From: Klebsormidium nitens
Lineage: Eukaryota > Plantae > Klebsormidiophyceae
Direction: 5' to 3'
DNA length: 64,000 nt
NCBI GenBank assembly: GCA_000708835.1
Contig: DF236971.1
Span: forward strand, 62,001 to 126,000
Part shown: positions 13,096 through 26,497 of the stretch, one piece after another
Numbering within the stretch: the first letter of the stretch is position 1
Layout: each line of letters begins with the position of its first letter
Made by a program: the position numbers and the translations under genes
The notes under the pieces: generated by a model
The model's input: the letters and a program-made list of their open reading frames with translations, nothing else
Told to the model about the DNA's origin: nothing
Database searches by the model: none

Positions 13096-14695
13096 ATGTC
13101 TCCGATGGCGGCCATGCAAGCACCGCCGCGCCCGTTAATCATAAGGAAGTTTGACGTTATAAGGGTAATTTGAAAGGGTGACTCGATCATCATGGACTAA
13201 TCAAGACTGTTCATTCAGCTGACATCTCGATTGGGGATCCCTTTCTTACACATCCGACACGTGGTGAACGTACCACCCGCGCAGGTTCAAACTTCAGATC
13301 TGCGCCATGCTTATGTGACTTCATCTGATGAGATCCAAACCGTTCGATTGGATTCCGTGGGATGCTTCCGAATCCATACCCCTAAAGCATTCAGGCTCCA
13401 TGCACTTCGCTCTTTCAATGAGTCACAAGTTACGGTACCATCCGCATCCATCTGTGACACTGCACTGACCGAAAAAGTACACTTTACAGCGATCCTACCC
13501 GAGAGCACAGCACGACAGCCTCGCAGCGCTTTGCCAGCTCTTCCGATTGGCGTTGTTCAAGCCAAAAGACAGTTTCATCCCAAGGGCGTCAGACGTTCTC
13601 GGCAAGCCTGCGCTGCATTTGGTAACCACAACACTCTACTCTAGAGAACTAGAGCAGCCTAGTCGTGGCCTCGGTTAACGTCTAGGTGGCGCGTCGTGGA
13701 GAAACGATTGGCAAATTCAGTCATCTCCTGGTAGCGACCGTCCTTCCAAGGTCACCCACGTCTCTTTAATCAGGCAGTAACTGCTTGTGGAATCATGAAG
13801 GTCCCGGTCTTTGTCACCTGTGATCTGACAGACTATTCTGAACTCAACAAGCACTCGCTCCTTCATTGTGGAGATCTCTGATCCCGTAGAATTTTCCCGT
13901 GGTGAGGCAATCTTGGCAGAAGTGCAAAGCAAGGTGACCTGGCTGAAGGACTACTTTTGCTGCTACTATCGCGACTTCGGAAAAAAGGCAGGGTGGACGC
14001 CTTTGGACGTCAACCATTCAGTTTATCCGTCGGGCCAGTTCTTCATTCAGGCGGTTATTGGCCCCATGGATGGTGAGTTGCACTCCTTACCTTCGTTCGT
14101 TTCAGGCTCAATACGCACGGTCTGAGTAGAACGTTGCACCACTCAACAACGTCCATAATGCTGGTCACAAAACTTGCAGGTTTGCACCAGTCTGGTCACA
14201 TACCGTCTTGCGGCTTGCCCGCTGATCATTATCATGCTACGTCCAGTCATGCAAGGTAAGATAACCTTGCTTCGGAAGAAGCAGAGCAGCAGAAGCAACG
14301 CCACCAAGAGTATCGCACAATCTCTCAGGAAGGTGATGTATCAGGTGCCATGCTGTGGTTTTTGAAGTCCTTGATCATGGATTCGACAGGGGTGCTGTTC
14401 TCATGAGAGCCAGATTTGTTTTTTGAATCAGGGACGAATGTCAATCACGCTGATATTGAGCCAGATTGAGCCACTTCAAAGCAAGCTGGCCGAAGACACG
14501 CATAGAGTGAAGGTGTCTGGTGGTGTGTAGGAGCGTTTGCAAAGAGGACTCATGTCGTCCTTTGCATTTCTCTTTACAGCTGATCGGATCGGCCTCATCT
14601 ACATCGGACCTGATGTCTGCTGGGACAGCATCCCGACTGCGAGTGTGCCCCTCTCATCTGCTTATCGGGCCTCTGCGCTACGAAGGGAGCTATAA
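13096..14695 (+). CDS. Putative small spliced orphan gene of unknown function
   Basis: Candidate exons 13096-13164, 13490-13621, 13832-14072 and 14580-14695 join with canonical GT-AG and consistent phases (MSPMAAMQAPPRPLIIRKFDVIR/RSYPRAQHDSLAALCQLFRL.../TILNSTST...WLKDYFCCYYRDFG.../ADRIGLIYIGPDVCW...). No family recognised. Confidence 0.4.
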
Positions 14696-17600
14696 GAGCA
14701 CCGTTCCAAATGCCCAGCACTACAGCTGGGAGTTCTACCGCAGAAAAGGGCACGAGCAGGAGCTGCGTCAAATCGAGACGTCCCCCTTCAGCAGCAGAGT
14801 GGTGTACATCAAAGCAACTCCCTAATACCCCACTTGTGAGGAACCATCTGCTGGCTCCACTTCATACTTTTTCTAAACTTCACTACCTGTAGTTACAACA
14901 GCAGACGAGAGTCTGGTACGTTCTTTCATCAGCCTGAATTTTACGTAGAGTTGCCCTGGCCAAAACCATTGATGTCACTTGAGCTGTCCTAAGATTTCTG
15001 TCCTTCAAGAGGACACTCTATGTTCGCTGTCAAGAGACAGTCTGCAGACAAGTGATGTGCTGCTGCCGCGTCGAAATAGATTCTGGGTGGACAACACTGA
15101 TCCATATATCGGTGACAAACGATAACGCCTCCCAATCAACATCACTTTGGTCGAGCTGCCAGTTTTCCAGCATTTTACTCACCATTCTCTGTAGGTCTGC
15201 CTGCCCTACCTGTGTCCAATGGTGAGGAGAAGGGCACGAGCTGCAAAGACGGTCAGAAGCTCAAGGGAGGCAACTCGAGACAGGTAAGCAACTCAGAATG
15301 GGTCTTAGCCTATCCCGACAGCTCCAAGGGCCCTCCTCAGGATGGAAAACTTTCCTGAATTCGGCAGATCTTCTCTCCAAACTTGTCGAAAGATTTGGTC
15401 TCGTTGCAATTTGTTTAAAGGCTAGTAAAATCAATTGGCCCGTCCATTGCTGAGACTCCCAAAGCGTGAACTTTGCTTTATTGGTTTGACGAGCTTTGAG
15501 GATTCGAGACGTGTTCGCTGTAAACATGCGTTGAGGTTCGATCCTGCCTGGGCGGCTTTACACCCCAAAGTATATTGTTAGGTTTGTATTTGCCGTCTTG
15601 GAGGCCGAGCGAATCTGTAAGTTCCAATCTGAACACATCAAGGTTTCCGACAAAACCCCTTCCGAGTGAGCATCTTTAGGCTTCCCCGTTTCGTACGTCC
15701 AATCGTTGTCGCGTACTCTCCACTTCGTCACCGTGAAGCTGATCCCTTCTATCGGGGTGAGAGCAAGTGATACGTCTGTCTTGCAGCCCGCTTTACCGCG
15801 AGTAGAATCTCAACGACTCTGATCCAAAGCTGTTGCTTTAGGCTGCTGAAAACTTTCTGCCGCCGTCTGTGTCACCGTTGGACGTCCCGTGCATTCAAGC
15901 TTTACCGCCTTCAGCTTCTCAAAAGGGTGCCTGGCACAAGAAGGAACCGAGAAACTTGAAAACACTGGTATCATCAATCAGCAATGAGTTTGTGGCTCAC
16001 AACAAGAGTCGCGCTCCATGTTCTACACTTTCCATCCCGACACGTATTATCAAGGATCGATGGTTTCGCTGACTTCGATGAAATCATGCGTGCTTAATGC
16101 TCCTTCTTCTCCTCCTTTGCAGCACTGGCAACGTGGCGATACGGGAGGTATCCTTGAAACATTGGTGCAACCACTTTTGTCGCAGTCCTGCTGAAGTAAC
16201 TCTGGAAACGGCAGTCATTATGTGAGCAGCGTTTGTTATTCTTGAATGATTGCTGCAGAAGGTTTGCAATTAAACCGAGCAGATGATCAGAAGAAGCTCT
16301 CGTTTGCATGTTTCCAATGATCCAGCGAGTCGCCCTCACGCCTCAGTTGGAAATTAGGCAGCCTGTTGTACGAGATCTTGTGAAGTGCAATTTGACTGCT
16401 CTTAGAATCTTATTCAACATCAGGTTGGAAGATTGTCCGCATTCTCGTGCAATCTGAGTTCAACTCTGACCCAACTTTTCATATGATCTGCAGGGGCCGC
16501 TTCTACTCCCATGTCTCTGCATCAGTTCCTCGTCGACAACGACCAGTCTATAGTGACAGAGACGTCACGAGGGTGCTTTCAAGTAACGCTAGCTTGCATC
16601 AAGAATGAGGCTTGTCGACAAAGCTGGTTCATCAATCCGTTGGATCAAAGTACCTCAGATTGAGTTCGTACCTGCTATAGTGGACATGAGGACAAACTTG
16701 GTAACTAAGTAGACTATGCAGGATCAAAATGGTCACAGCGACAGATGCTTCACTGCAGGGGTCATCGGGTCCAGCGCTCTATGCCCAGGGTCAATATTGC
16801 CGGCAAGCAACACATCGATCAGACTCACACTGGGACCTTTTAGTTGTCAAGAGGTATGCATACGTACCATGACGCTGACTTTGCGCATGCTATATGCCAT
16901 CAATACACGCCATGTCCTGATGCATTCTGCGTCATGCATAGTTGTTGCTGTTTGCGCACGGGACCCTGAGTGCTTCAGCAGCCTGTAAAGACATGGTATA
17001 TATGCAAAGGCGCGGGAGCAAAGGCCAAGTTCTATTCGCCCGGAAGCCTCATCGTGTCTGAGATGACCACAACGGACATTGGGTGAAGTAAACAGGTTGA
17101 CAGATCCGCAGCTAGAACTCTACTTACCACTCGTCATTTCGGTCAAACTTCGAAGGCAAGGATGGTAAGCATTCCCCCTCAAAACCAATCTACAGTAGTC
17201 CAGAACCAATCACATTGCTCTCACTTATAGTAGTGCCGCGCTTGGAGAACATTTCGTTTCGCTCTTTGTAGCGCGATAAACAATGAGTTGGGGCTACATA
17301 TGATACTGAGCAACTAGTAGATACCTACCTTTTGACTCTGTGAGATTTTTCGAGGCAACCCCGGAGACGATAGATAGCTCTTAATGCGGGATTGAATACT
17401 GTGGTGCTTGGTTTTGAACCCTACGACTCGACATGTGCACCTGAGGTACGTCATGCGCCGACGGTGATGAGCATAACTAAGAATCCGATCCGGGAATCCG
17501 CATAAGGGAGTTGCCATAAAGGCACTAATGTAATTGCAAAGCTGTGCCACTGCAGTCATGATATTGTGCGGCCAAGTTTATGTCTGATGTTGTACAAAAT

Positions 17601-17762
17601 TCAAAACGTTTCCTTTCAAAATTTGAAAGCACTCCGTTCTACTACCTTCTACTCCCACAGACTTGCTATATAGAAGCCTAAGAACGCGCACGCCCTACCC
17701 AGTGTCTTGTCCAGGGACTTGCAGAGGTGCGGCTTTACAATTGACACCACCAGCTACAGCAC

Positions 17763-18761
17763 TCACGGGCCGCAGCACAGCCAGCGCCTCTTGAAGCAAG
17801 CTGGAGCGACCCGCTTCTCTTGGTCTTTCATGCCTTCCCTTTTGAACGAGTCCAGGAGCAGTCGGCCATCCCGCTGCAGATCGTCCCATTGTAGTGTCTT
17901 CTGGACGCTGTCAAGCCACACGATCTCGCCACCGAGGACGTCCAAAGCCGCGCCCCACTCACGGAGTTCGTCGCCATTCAGCGGTGCTGCGTTTGAGGTC
18001 AAGCCGGCCGTTGATTCAAGCGCCACCAGTAAGTTCTCTAGCATGGACAAGCAGCTGCCGAAGCCAGTCAGCGGAGGTTGGGTCTCTCGGTTGCCTTCCC
18101 CGGGCGCTTTGGCATATGACTGCCAGCTGTGCTTTGTGCCCGGTGACGCATCAATCAGGAGGGCCAGCTGGTCAAGGTCCCGAGCAAACCGCCACACACC
18201 TTCTAGGTCCTCTGTTGAAAATAGAAATCCCAAGAGCACCTTCGCGTAGGTTAGTGCCATGTAGTTGGCAAAGTAAGTGGCAATCTCACGAACCCCGCAT
18301 TTATCCATAGCCACCACCACCTCAATGACAACCTGGAAGCTCTCAGCTCCTTTTGCAACGTCATCGGCGGAAACCAGCTCGCTCCTCGACTTCTTCAGCT
18401 GGTCCCTTGCATCGGATACGAGGACTTTTGCATACTTGGGATTTGGATTGTCTGCCCCCAGCATCCGGCACAGCTCAAGGATAGTTTTGGTTGCAAAACC
18501 GAGATGCAGCTGGGGCCACCCCTGCTTCATAATCACCTTTCGACGCCACAAGGATTGCGGGTCGATGAAGCGCTTCTGTAAGTCGAACGGCAGGTCACTT
18601 AATATGCGCTGGGCTTCCTTTTCCTCCGTTTCCATTGCCAACGCACCAACGACGAGTGGGTGCAGAGACTGGAGTCTCTGAACAAAAGCAGTGAGCTGGC
18701 TGGGGCCCGTGCTTGTAAAGGCCTCACCGGTTGACTCAAGCAGGTCCACAAGGCGGCTCAA
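17763..18761 (-). CDS. Uninterrupted ~332-codon ORF of unknown function, probably a large exon of a longer gene
   Basis: 1-kb open frame with helical, protein-like composition. The annotated start is TTG and the first in-frame ATG is about 42 codons in. A GTGAGT donor overlaps the stop at ~17760, so it may be spliced. No recognised domain. Confidence 0.5.
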   Translation of the reverse strand: MSRLVDLLESTGEAFTSTGPSQLTAFVQRLQSLHPLVVGALAMETEEKEAQRILSDLPFDLQKRFIDPQSLWRRKVIMKQGWPQLHLGFATKTILELCRMLGADNPNPKYAKVLVSDARDQLKKSRSELVSADDVAKGAESFQVVIEVVVAMDKCGVREIATYFANYMALTYAKVLLGFLFSTEDLEGVWRFARDLDQLALLIDASPGTKHSWQSYAKAPGEGNRETQPPLTGFGSCLSMLENLLVALESTAGLTSNAAPLNGDELREWGAALDVLGGEIVWLDSVQKTLQWDDLQRDGRLLLDSFKREGMKDQEKRVAPACFKRRWLCCGP

Positions 18762-19255
18762 TATCTGATGTGTGGCCGCTCCATCTTCGACCTTGCTTCA
18801 TCTTGCTTCTACTTTCGTTTTAGGGATAAAGCTGATATCCTATCAACAAAGCAATGACGATCACGTGATTGGCTTATAAGTAAATTCAGTTGCGCACGGT
18901 GTTGCGCAGGCGTTGCGCATGAATTATCCGCTAGCTAGTCATTCAGAATGTCAAGGGCGAGCTGAATCCTTAGACAGAAAGAAAAGCTGTTTTCAATCTG
19001 ATTCTCTGTCAGACGATCTTTGCAATATTCTGCCAGGCTTATCATAGCCGCCAGCGCGGCCGCCGCACGGAGTTACGGTGATGGCCGCCGCGCGCGACAA
19101 CCGAGTCCACTGCGGAGGGTTGCCAGGGTTTGATATCTCTGGAGCAGGTCCGTCGGCGATTGATGGTCCCATTCTCGACAAATATTTCAGATAAGCGGCG
19201 GTTGAGTCACTCTGCCACCAAGTGGAGACTGTGGCCTGGTGTGGCCTGGTATGAC

Positions 19256-19673
19256 NNNNNNNNNNNNNNNNNNNNNNNNNNNNNNNNNNNNNNNNNNNNN
19301 NNNNNNNNNNNNNNNNNNNNNNNNNNNNNNNNNNNNNNNNNNNNNNNNNNNNNNNNNNNNNNNNNNNNNNNNNNNNNNNNNNNNNNNNNNNNNNNNNNNN
19401 NNNNNNNNNNNNNNNNNNNNNNNNNNNNNNNNNNNNNNNNNNNNNNNNNNNNNNNNNNNNNNNNNNNNNNNNNNNNNNNNNNNNNNNNNNNNNNNNNNNN
19501 NNNNNNNNNNNNNNNNNNNNNNNNNNNNNNNNNNNNNNNNNNNNNNNNNNNNNNNNNNNNNNNNNNNNNNNNNNNNNNNNNNNNNNNNNNNNNNNNNNNN
19601 NNNNNNNNNNNNNNNNNNNNNNNNNNNNNNNNNNNNNNNNNNNNNNNNNNNNNNNNNNNNNNNNNNNNNNNNN
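19256..19673. other. Assembly gap (418 N)
   Basis: Run of N. ORFs crossing it in the track are artefacts. Confidence 1.
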
Positions 19674-19967
19674 AAATGTGGCCTGGTATGACGATACCTA
19701 ATCTAGGACTAATCTAGTACCATCTTCTTCAGCCGGCAGGACGCACTTTCTCGTTTGGCATGCAATGCGACGAAGATGGATAGGTATCAAGGCAAGGCAA
19801 GCAGGAGACCTGAGACACCTCCTTGGCAGAAGCGGAACAGGAGGCAGGGGGGCAGCATGCATGTAGAAGAAATTCGTACTTTTAGGCTGGCATAATCGAA
19901 GCCCTTTTCCATTCGCTCGTTGAAATGTGAGCTCCTCTTCAAAAGAGCTTGCTGTAGAGCTGGAAGC

Positions 19968-22900
19968 ATGGAAAACATGGGTTTTGGGGGAACTGACATG
20001 ACGGCCAATGACCGCGTTCTGCAGGCTCAGCAGAGTCAAGGAGCTGCTCAAGGAAGGAGCTCGCAAGAGTTCACTGAGGAGGCTTTGCAACCTGCGCTGA
20101 CAGAAACATCTTTAGCTCCAGATAGTCCTAGCACCTCTTCGGTCACTCAGCTCAACAACTCTGAACAGCTACCAGCTCCAGCCCTAGATCTCACTCTGCT
20201 GTCAGACCCTCAGGCGCAGAGCTTGGAAGATACTCAAGTGAAGCAGGTGAGCTTTGCTACACTTTTCTGCCGTTTGCAAGAGATTTCACCACTTGTCGGT
20301 GTGAAATCTTGTTGTCATACCTGAGGTGTCACCGGGCGCTGTGAAAGTCTAATTGACATTGCAGTCAGCAGGAGGACGCTTCTATCAGTAGATGAACAAC
20401 TTCACCTTTTCACAGTGTTGCCTCAGTGGTTTGGTTGACCCCAGAACACGCATTGTAGGCGAATTCCCTTGCCGTACAGTATATGAAATGTTTCTTTGGT
20501 CAGACTCCAATCTAGAGCACATTGCCTGTGGGAAAGTAGCCTTATGTTTGATCAGCTCAACGTGCAAATGCCTGATGTTGAAACGCTTTCGCCACACGTT
20601 TGATAACAGCAAATGGGCCACACCAAACGTACCTCCAACTGTTGTGCAGGGCACCTTGTTGATGTACAGTGGCAGCTTTGATGAAGCGGACGAGTATTTC
20701 AGCGCTCTGAAGCACATACAAGCGAACCCCCGGTTTTCACTCCACAGCGCCCAGGCAGTCCTCTTGAAAGCCCTGCTCAGCTTGGACCCCGCGGTGGTTT
20801 TACAAGCAGACTCCCTGTTGGTGCTAGTCGAGAAACAGGTAGGACATGTGCTGTCTATGTAGCAGCTGTACCATCATCAAGCTCCTGGTTTGAAAGATTG
20901 ACTGCCTGGCAGTGGTATGCAAGTTTCTGTGTTCTCGGAAAAAGGCGGAGGGGGTAGAATCAGGTGCAATCAGCAAAGCCTTCATCAAGAGTAGTGTAAA
21001 CCGTCCCCATCAGCATTCCTATCAAGTCTTGCACATTGGCGTGCAGGCTGTCGCGCACATTGCCGCATGGAACGGGTTGGCATTTCAGACACAGAAGGCG
21101 AAGCTCACCAAGGCCGTTGCCACCAGCCTCACATCAGTCAAGGCTGCTGTTGGCAGCCCGCTGAAGGGCATGCAAACGTCCCTGAAGGCCATGGTGACTA
21201 AGCTGCGCACGGGCAAAGAGGTGAGACTAAAAGGAAGTAGGAGCCAGGAGGCAAAGATTGAGCACCATAAATGGTTCTTTCTCAATGGTCAGGGGCACGA
21301 TGCAGCCCCAGGTCAATGAAACAAGCGACAGGCGACTGAATTCTTCGATGGTGCATAAACCGGAGGAGTAAGCATACACAGAAGACACGCTGGCACTCCC
21401 ATCCTTACACATTCCCATCTTGTTGCAGATGTCTGCAGTGGCAACAACTGACGACGTGGATGCTGCGCAATACGACGACGAAAAGGTCATTGGGGCCACC
21501 TACACGATCCCAGTGCTCGAGGTCAAGGAGCAAAGGAGGAAAGAATGGCAGAGACAGAAAGCCGTCGCAAGGTGTACAGCTCTACAGGTCGGTGGTGGCA
21601 CCAGCAAGCGATGATTCAATCCACGTTTTCACCTGCCTGCGCTCTAGTCTCGAGAACTGGTCCATGGTTTGCAAGTCAGTTGTTTGTCTGTTGTTATAAC
21701 TGTCAAAACATTTGCCCATCGCTTCTGACTGGAGGCAAGCTGACTTCTTGCCTCAACGATCTGACATCCAGCTTCCGATACGTATGATGATACAATTCGA
21801 AGAAGTCCTCGAGCTTCCTATGCAAATCGTCTTCCAGGCTGAGGCAACCTTGCTCCAAGGTCTGCTGCAAGTATCTGTGGAAGGAGAGTCTGCCATGGGG
21901 GACGAGCAATGGGGCGCAGCCCTCAAGCTGGGGCTTGGCATCCGGAAAGCATGGAACCTGTACCAGAGCTGTCAGAAGCAGGTAAGGTTACCGGACGACC
22001 GTCCTTCTGCCAGGCTGACCACCATCTAACTGATACGGTCCTCCTGCAGAGCATCCGTTTGGCACCTCGCTAGCCTGTGAGAATCTTTTTGAAAGACGAT
22101 CTGAAACGGTCAGAGTTTCGAAATTATGCTGCCGCCAAATTGATCAGATGAGTGCTTCCAATAACTCAGAAGAAACTTACACAGGGGACAGATCTGTGCA
22201 ACGAACAGTTCAGCAGAGTACGTGGGATGCACGAGATGGCAACTTCATAGATGGTCATGTATCAAGGTCTTGCGCTTGTTTCCCCTGTCAGCAACATCAG
22301 AAGATACCGTTCCGCTCAAGTGCCTCTGCTGCTGCTTGTTACAGATCGAGAAGGTGACTGCACTCGAAGCCGCTGCCGCTGCCGCTGAAGAAGCCGACCA
22401 ACAGAAGCAAAAGAAAGACACCGGCAGGTCTGTTCGGCCGACTGCAGACGGCGAGCTCAGTCAACAGGACGAAGGACAAGAGTTGGCCTCGGAACAAGAA
22501 CGGAGCAACAGCAACCGGGGACGCAAAGGGGGAGTATCTGGGACCGGTCTCGTGGAAAAGATCATCGGACGGGAGCCCCCCCCGGGGGAAGAAGTAGCGC
22601 CGCTGGTAGAGGAAGCCGGGCCGAGCGAAGCTCCAAAGAGCAGCGGGGCGAAGCAGTCACTGACAAGCAAGTGGTTCGGAAAGGGCAGTGCGAACAAGAG
22701 CGAGGGAAATTCCGGAGCACAGCCGTCGAGAGACGTGGCGAGAGAGTCCAACGGAGAGGGCGCGGACAAAGGCGCGGATTTTTGGACGCGCGCAAAGGGC
22801 TTCATCAAGAAGAAGATCGGCAAGCGGGGCGAGGACGACTCCGACTCGGACGAGGAACGCCGCGTGCGGCGCCAGCAGCCGATCGACGACTCGGGCTGGG

Positions 22901-25900
22901 GCAGCGACGACGATGACGTCAGCGCCGAGCCCGGGGGCGGGATGCGCAAGCTGTGGCGCGCCGGCAGCCGGCGGAGCTCACGCAAGAGCGCGAGCAGCCG
23001 GCGCGCGTCGCGGGTCAGCCGGCGATCGAGCAATGCGAGCGAGCTGGCGTCGCAGTCCCGCAGGATCAGCGCGGGGCAAGCGGGCGGGGCTCTTATAAAT
23101 CCTGCGGCGGTGCACGCGGTTGATGCCAGTGTCGGGAAGGGGCCAGCGCGCCGTGGTATGGATGACGCAAGCATTCTGGGGCCCAGAGGAGCGACGAGCC
23201 CAAAAGCAATTGAAGAAGAGAGTGGGACGCCGACTTCCGCCCTGGCTGACGCAAGCAAGGGGCTGGAGACAGACCCTGTGCTGACGTCGGTAAAGGCGCA
23301 AGTCGACTTCGGTTTGGGCATGCTCCAGGTGCTGGTGTCGTTGATTCCGACCAAGGTGAGAAGTGTCATGTGTTGTTAACATCAGCTTGGCAAACGCTTA
23401 AACCCTCGGCCGTGGAACCGCTTAGTATTTACGCTACCCTTGAGAACAAAAAGGGCTCGCAAGCATCTTCGTGCGGTCAAAGTGAAGTTGCTTTTTGCTT
23501 TCTTTCGAGATCCATACTCGTCGATTGTTGAGTTGTGAATTCAAGTCTGCATCTTGGAAGTGTTACCGGCGTCAATGAATCTGCCTGACATCCTTCGCTA
23601 CAATTCCGCACATCTGTGCAGATGTTAACAAATAGCGCTTGTTTCTCGTTTCCTTCCAGGTCCAAAAGGCCGCCGAGGTGCTGGGCTTCGCAGGATTCCG
23701 ATCAGCTGGCCTGGAGCTGCTCGAGAAAGTAGCCGCCGAGCAGAACGAGTGGTCGCAGCTGGCTTCAATGCTGCTTCTATACTGTGAGCATCCATCCAAT
23801 CGTTTTTTTGATTGCGGTTTTCACGACGTATCATCGATTGCCCTTGAATCGATTGCCATTTGCACGAACACAGGCGTGACTTTGTCTTACTACTTTGGCT
23901 TCAAACTGGAGAGCTCTCAGGTTCACCTCGATTGTTGTATTGTGGTGCTTCTCGAAAGGAGCGCCTACTTTTAGTCGCAGACTATTGCCATACCCGTACA
24001 TACTCGTCTAATTAGTCCCTATTCAATCCACCGAGGACTCCCCTCAACATCCTCATGCATGAAGCACTTGGCTGTGGAGTTTAGAAGACAAGAACAAGAA
24101 AACCATAAGCTTTTGGCATTTGAACTTGGAAGGAGGCCGCTTTAGCGCACATGTAAGCGCTTACCCATTCCTCCACATCTGCTAAAAATTCCGTCTCCGC
24201 CGGCCCGCAGACCACACGGTCATCCAGTCGTTCCAGCCGGAGTCCTTCGCGCACGCGCGCGACGCGCGGCGCCTCCTCGCCGCGCTCAAGCAGGCCTGGC
24301 GCGCGGGCGACATGTCCCCGGGCGCGCTCTCCGCGCTGCTCAGCGCGCGGCGGCTGCGCTACGACGGCGAGCTGTCGGACGCCGTCCAGATCCTGGAGGA
24401 GTCGGACGCGAACGACCGGCCAGATTCCGCTCTTCCAGATCGGAACGGAGCAGAGGAAGCAATCAAAGCGGAATCGGAACTAAGCGAACTGAACAAAAAC
24501 GTGCTGTACGAGCTGGGCTGGTGTTACCTCCTTACGGGGCGGTACGGCGACGCCGCGGGCGTGTTTGCGCGCCTCCGGCGCGCGCAGCGGACGCGCGTCG
24601 CGAAAGCGCGCGTCGTTGAAGAGACGCCCGCGGAGGAAAGCGCGAGACCGGCGCTCGCTTCGGAAAGCGAAAGCGCAGGAGAACCGGCGGCAACCGGGGT
24701 GCAAATCGACTTTCTGAGCGATAGCACACCGTCTCCTATGATGGGGAAAGACAGCCCCCTGAATCCGAAGGCTGCCCCCCGGCAGGAGTATTGCGAAATA
24801 GATGGCCCTTGGGGACTTTTCTATCTGTCGCTGGAGGCGGCATGTCGGTGGGAAGCAGGAGAGGAGCAGCACCCGGCGGCGATGAGGCTCATGTCGGAAA
24901 TTGTGGAGTCGGCAGCGCAGAACACTTCGAGGTAAGACCAGATTTATGAATTGCTGGCTGAGTGGACAGACTGATGTAGCTGTGCACACAATCTGCTTCC
25001 TTGACGCGCTAGTGCAGCATTCCTAGTTCCAATGTATGCGAAATTTTCATGGTCTGTCCTAACAATTCATCCGGACTCTTTTATTTGTCGCACCATGGCT
25101 ACGCAAGCAGCTCGCAAGATTGATTACAGCAAGCTTGCAGAACGTAATAAGGATACAGGCAAATCCTAGACTCAGGAACGCGCACTGAAATCTACGGCTC
25201 TTCACAAATTCTGTTCTTCTGGGTAGTTTTTCTACAAACGCAGAAAGCCATTCCCTTACGAAAATGCTACTTGAAACTCAAAACGTCATTGTTATCTAGG
25301 GTGGGTCTCGACGCCAACGACGTTCCTGCAAAGGCCGCGCTCGCGCCCTTCGAAGCCCACTGGCTGCGGCTCGCGCGCGACTTCACGCAGCACCGCGGTG
25401 AAGCGCCGCTCTTCCCGGCGCTCGAGACCGCGGCCCTCTGGAACGGCTTCCAGCAAATGAGCCGCGCAGATCTGGAGAAGCACGTTGAGAAGATCGAGAG
25501 CGTCCTGGGCAGCGGAGAGGTTTCTTGGGGCAACAAGCGGAAGGCGAAACCTGCCGCGGTGGCAGATGGTCAGGGGACGCCCAAGAGCCCCGAGAGCACT
25601 CCCCCGAGCGCCGGAAGCGGAATTGCGCGGCAGATGATAACCGACCTGCTAACGGGCGCCCCGCAAGGAGATCCTGGCGTCAGCGGGGATGTCACTGCGG
25701 AAGAAGTGACGTCAGCACTCTCGGATGAGAGCCTGCAAAGCGCGCCGTCCGTTTCCGCAAGTTCCGCGCCCGCCCCGGTCGCTTCTGAGCGATCGGGGGA
25801 TCAGGAGTACGGGCACAGCTGGTCGATTGAGAGCGAGATGCTGTGCAAGTTCCTGCTCGGGTGCTGCCACAAACACCTGGGGGAGACGGAGAAGGCGTCG

Positions 25901-26497
25901 GACGAGCTGGCGTTTGCAATCTCGGTGGGGCAGAACATTGGCGGGTAAGGGTTACGGCGTTGGCTGCGGGTTTTTCTTCTCTTTAGATATGAGGCATTCG
26001 CACATCTGCCGGGGTTCTGCTTCTGTTTTGGGTCTGGTTCGGCATCTGGCTTCTGAATTCTACTAGCATTCAAGAACTGTAAGCACATCAATGACTTTCT
26101 GTATGCGAAGCAGGATTCCTGCTGGCAGAGGTCTAACCGGTCGACAAGTCGTGGATTTTCAAGGATAGGTTTGGCTCCTAAGCTTCAAGAAGCCAACTCT
26201 CAGGAATTTCGTGCACATTGCTCCTCTATCTGTACCAACATCTGAAGGAATCTCGTAAGATCCTTCGCCAAACATTTGGCATGAACAGAAGGTGACATCT
26301 CGTCATCTTGATGCAGGCACATCGTCCCGTTCGCTTGCTACGAGCTGGGCTCCATGCTTCTACAGTCCGCCGCGACAGCCGAGGAAGGGCTCGTGTATTT
26401 GGAAAAAGCAACGGACTACCCTCCGCACTGTTTCCAGGGCCGTCTCAAGTTCCTAGTCAGCGAAAGGTCGAGAACTTACAAGGAAGAGAAGCGTTAG
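19968..26497 (+). CDS. TTC39 / IML2-like (DUF3808) tetratricopeptide-repeat protein, 10 exons
   Basis: Exons 19968-20246, 20650-20838, 21095-21220, 21429-21587, 21772-21981, 22345-23355, 23660-23783, 24211-24931, 25300-25944 and 26317-26497 are phase-consistent. Motifs AEATLLQGLLQ...LKLGLGIRKAWNLY, FGLGMLQVLVSLIP.KVQKAAEVLGFAGFRSAGLELL, YELGWCYLL and HIVPFACYELG...YLEKATDY...QGRLKF match my recollection of the TTC39/IML2 family. Confidence 0.78.

Noticed and set aside
15219-16193. Possible second small spliced gene (candidate exons ~15219-15282, 15581-15615, 15679-15756, 15842-15967, 16122-16193)
   Set aside because: Phases can be made to fit, but alternatives fit equally well and the peptide has no motif, so it is not supportable as a feature.
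19130-19717. ORFs spanning the N run
   Set aside because: Artefacts of translating the assembly gap.
22461-23382. Long minus-strand ORFs (302 aa and 134 aa) and similar antisense ORFs at 44421-44957, 59889-60494, 17707-18681 and 4801-5286
   Set aside because: They are shadows of GC3-rich exons on the opposite strand, with no motifs or independent splice support.
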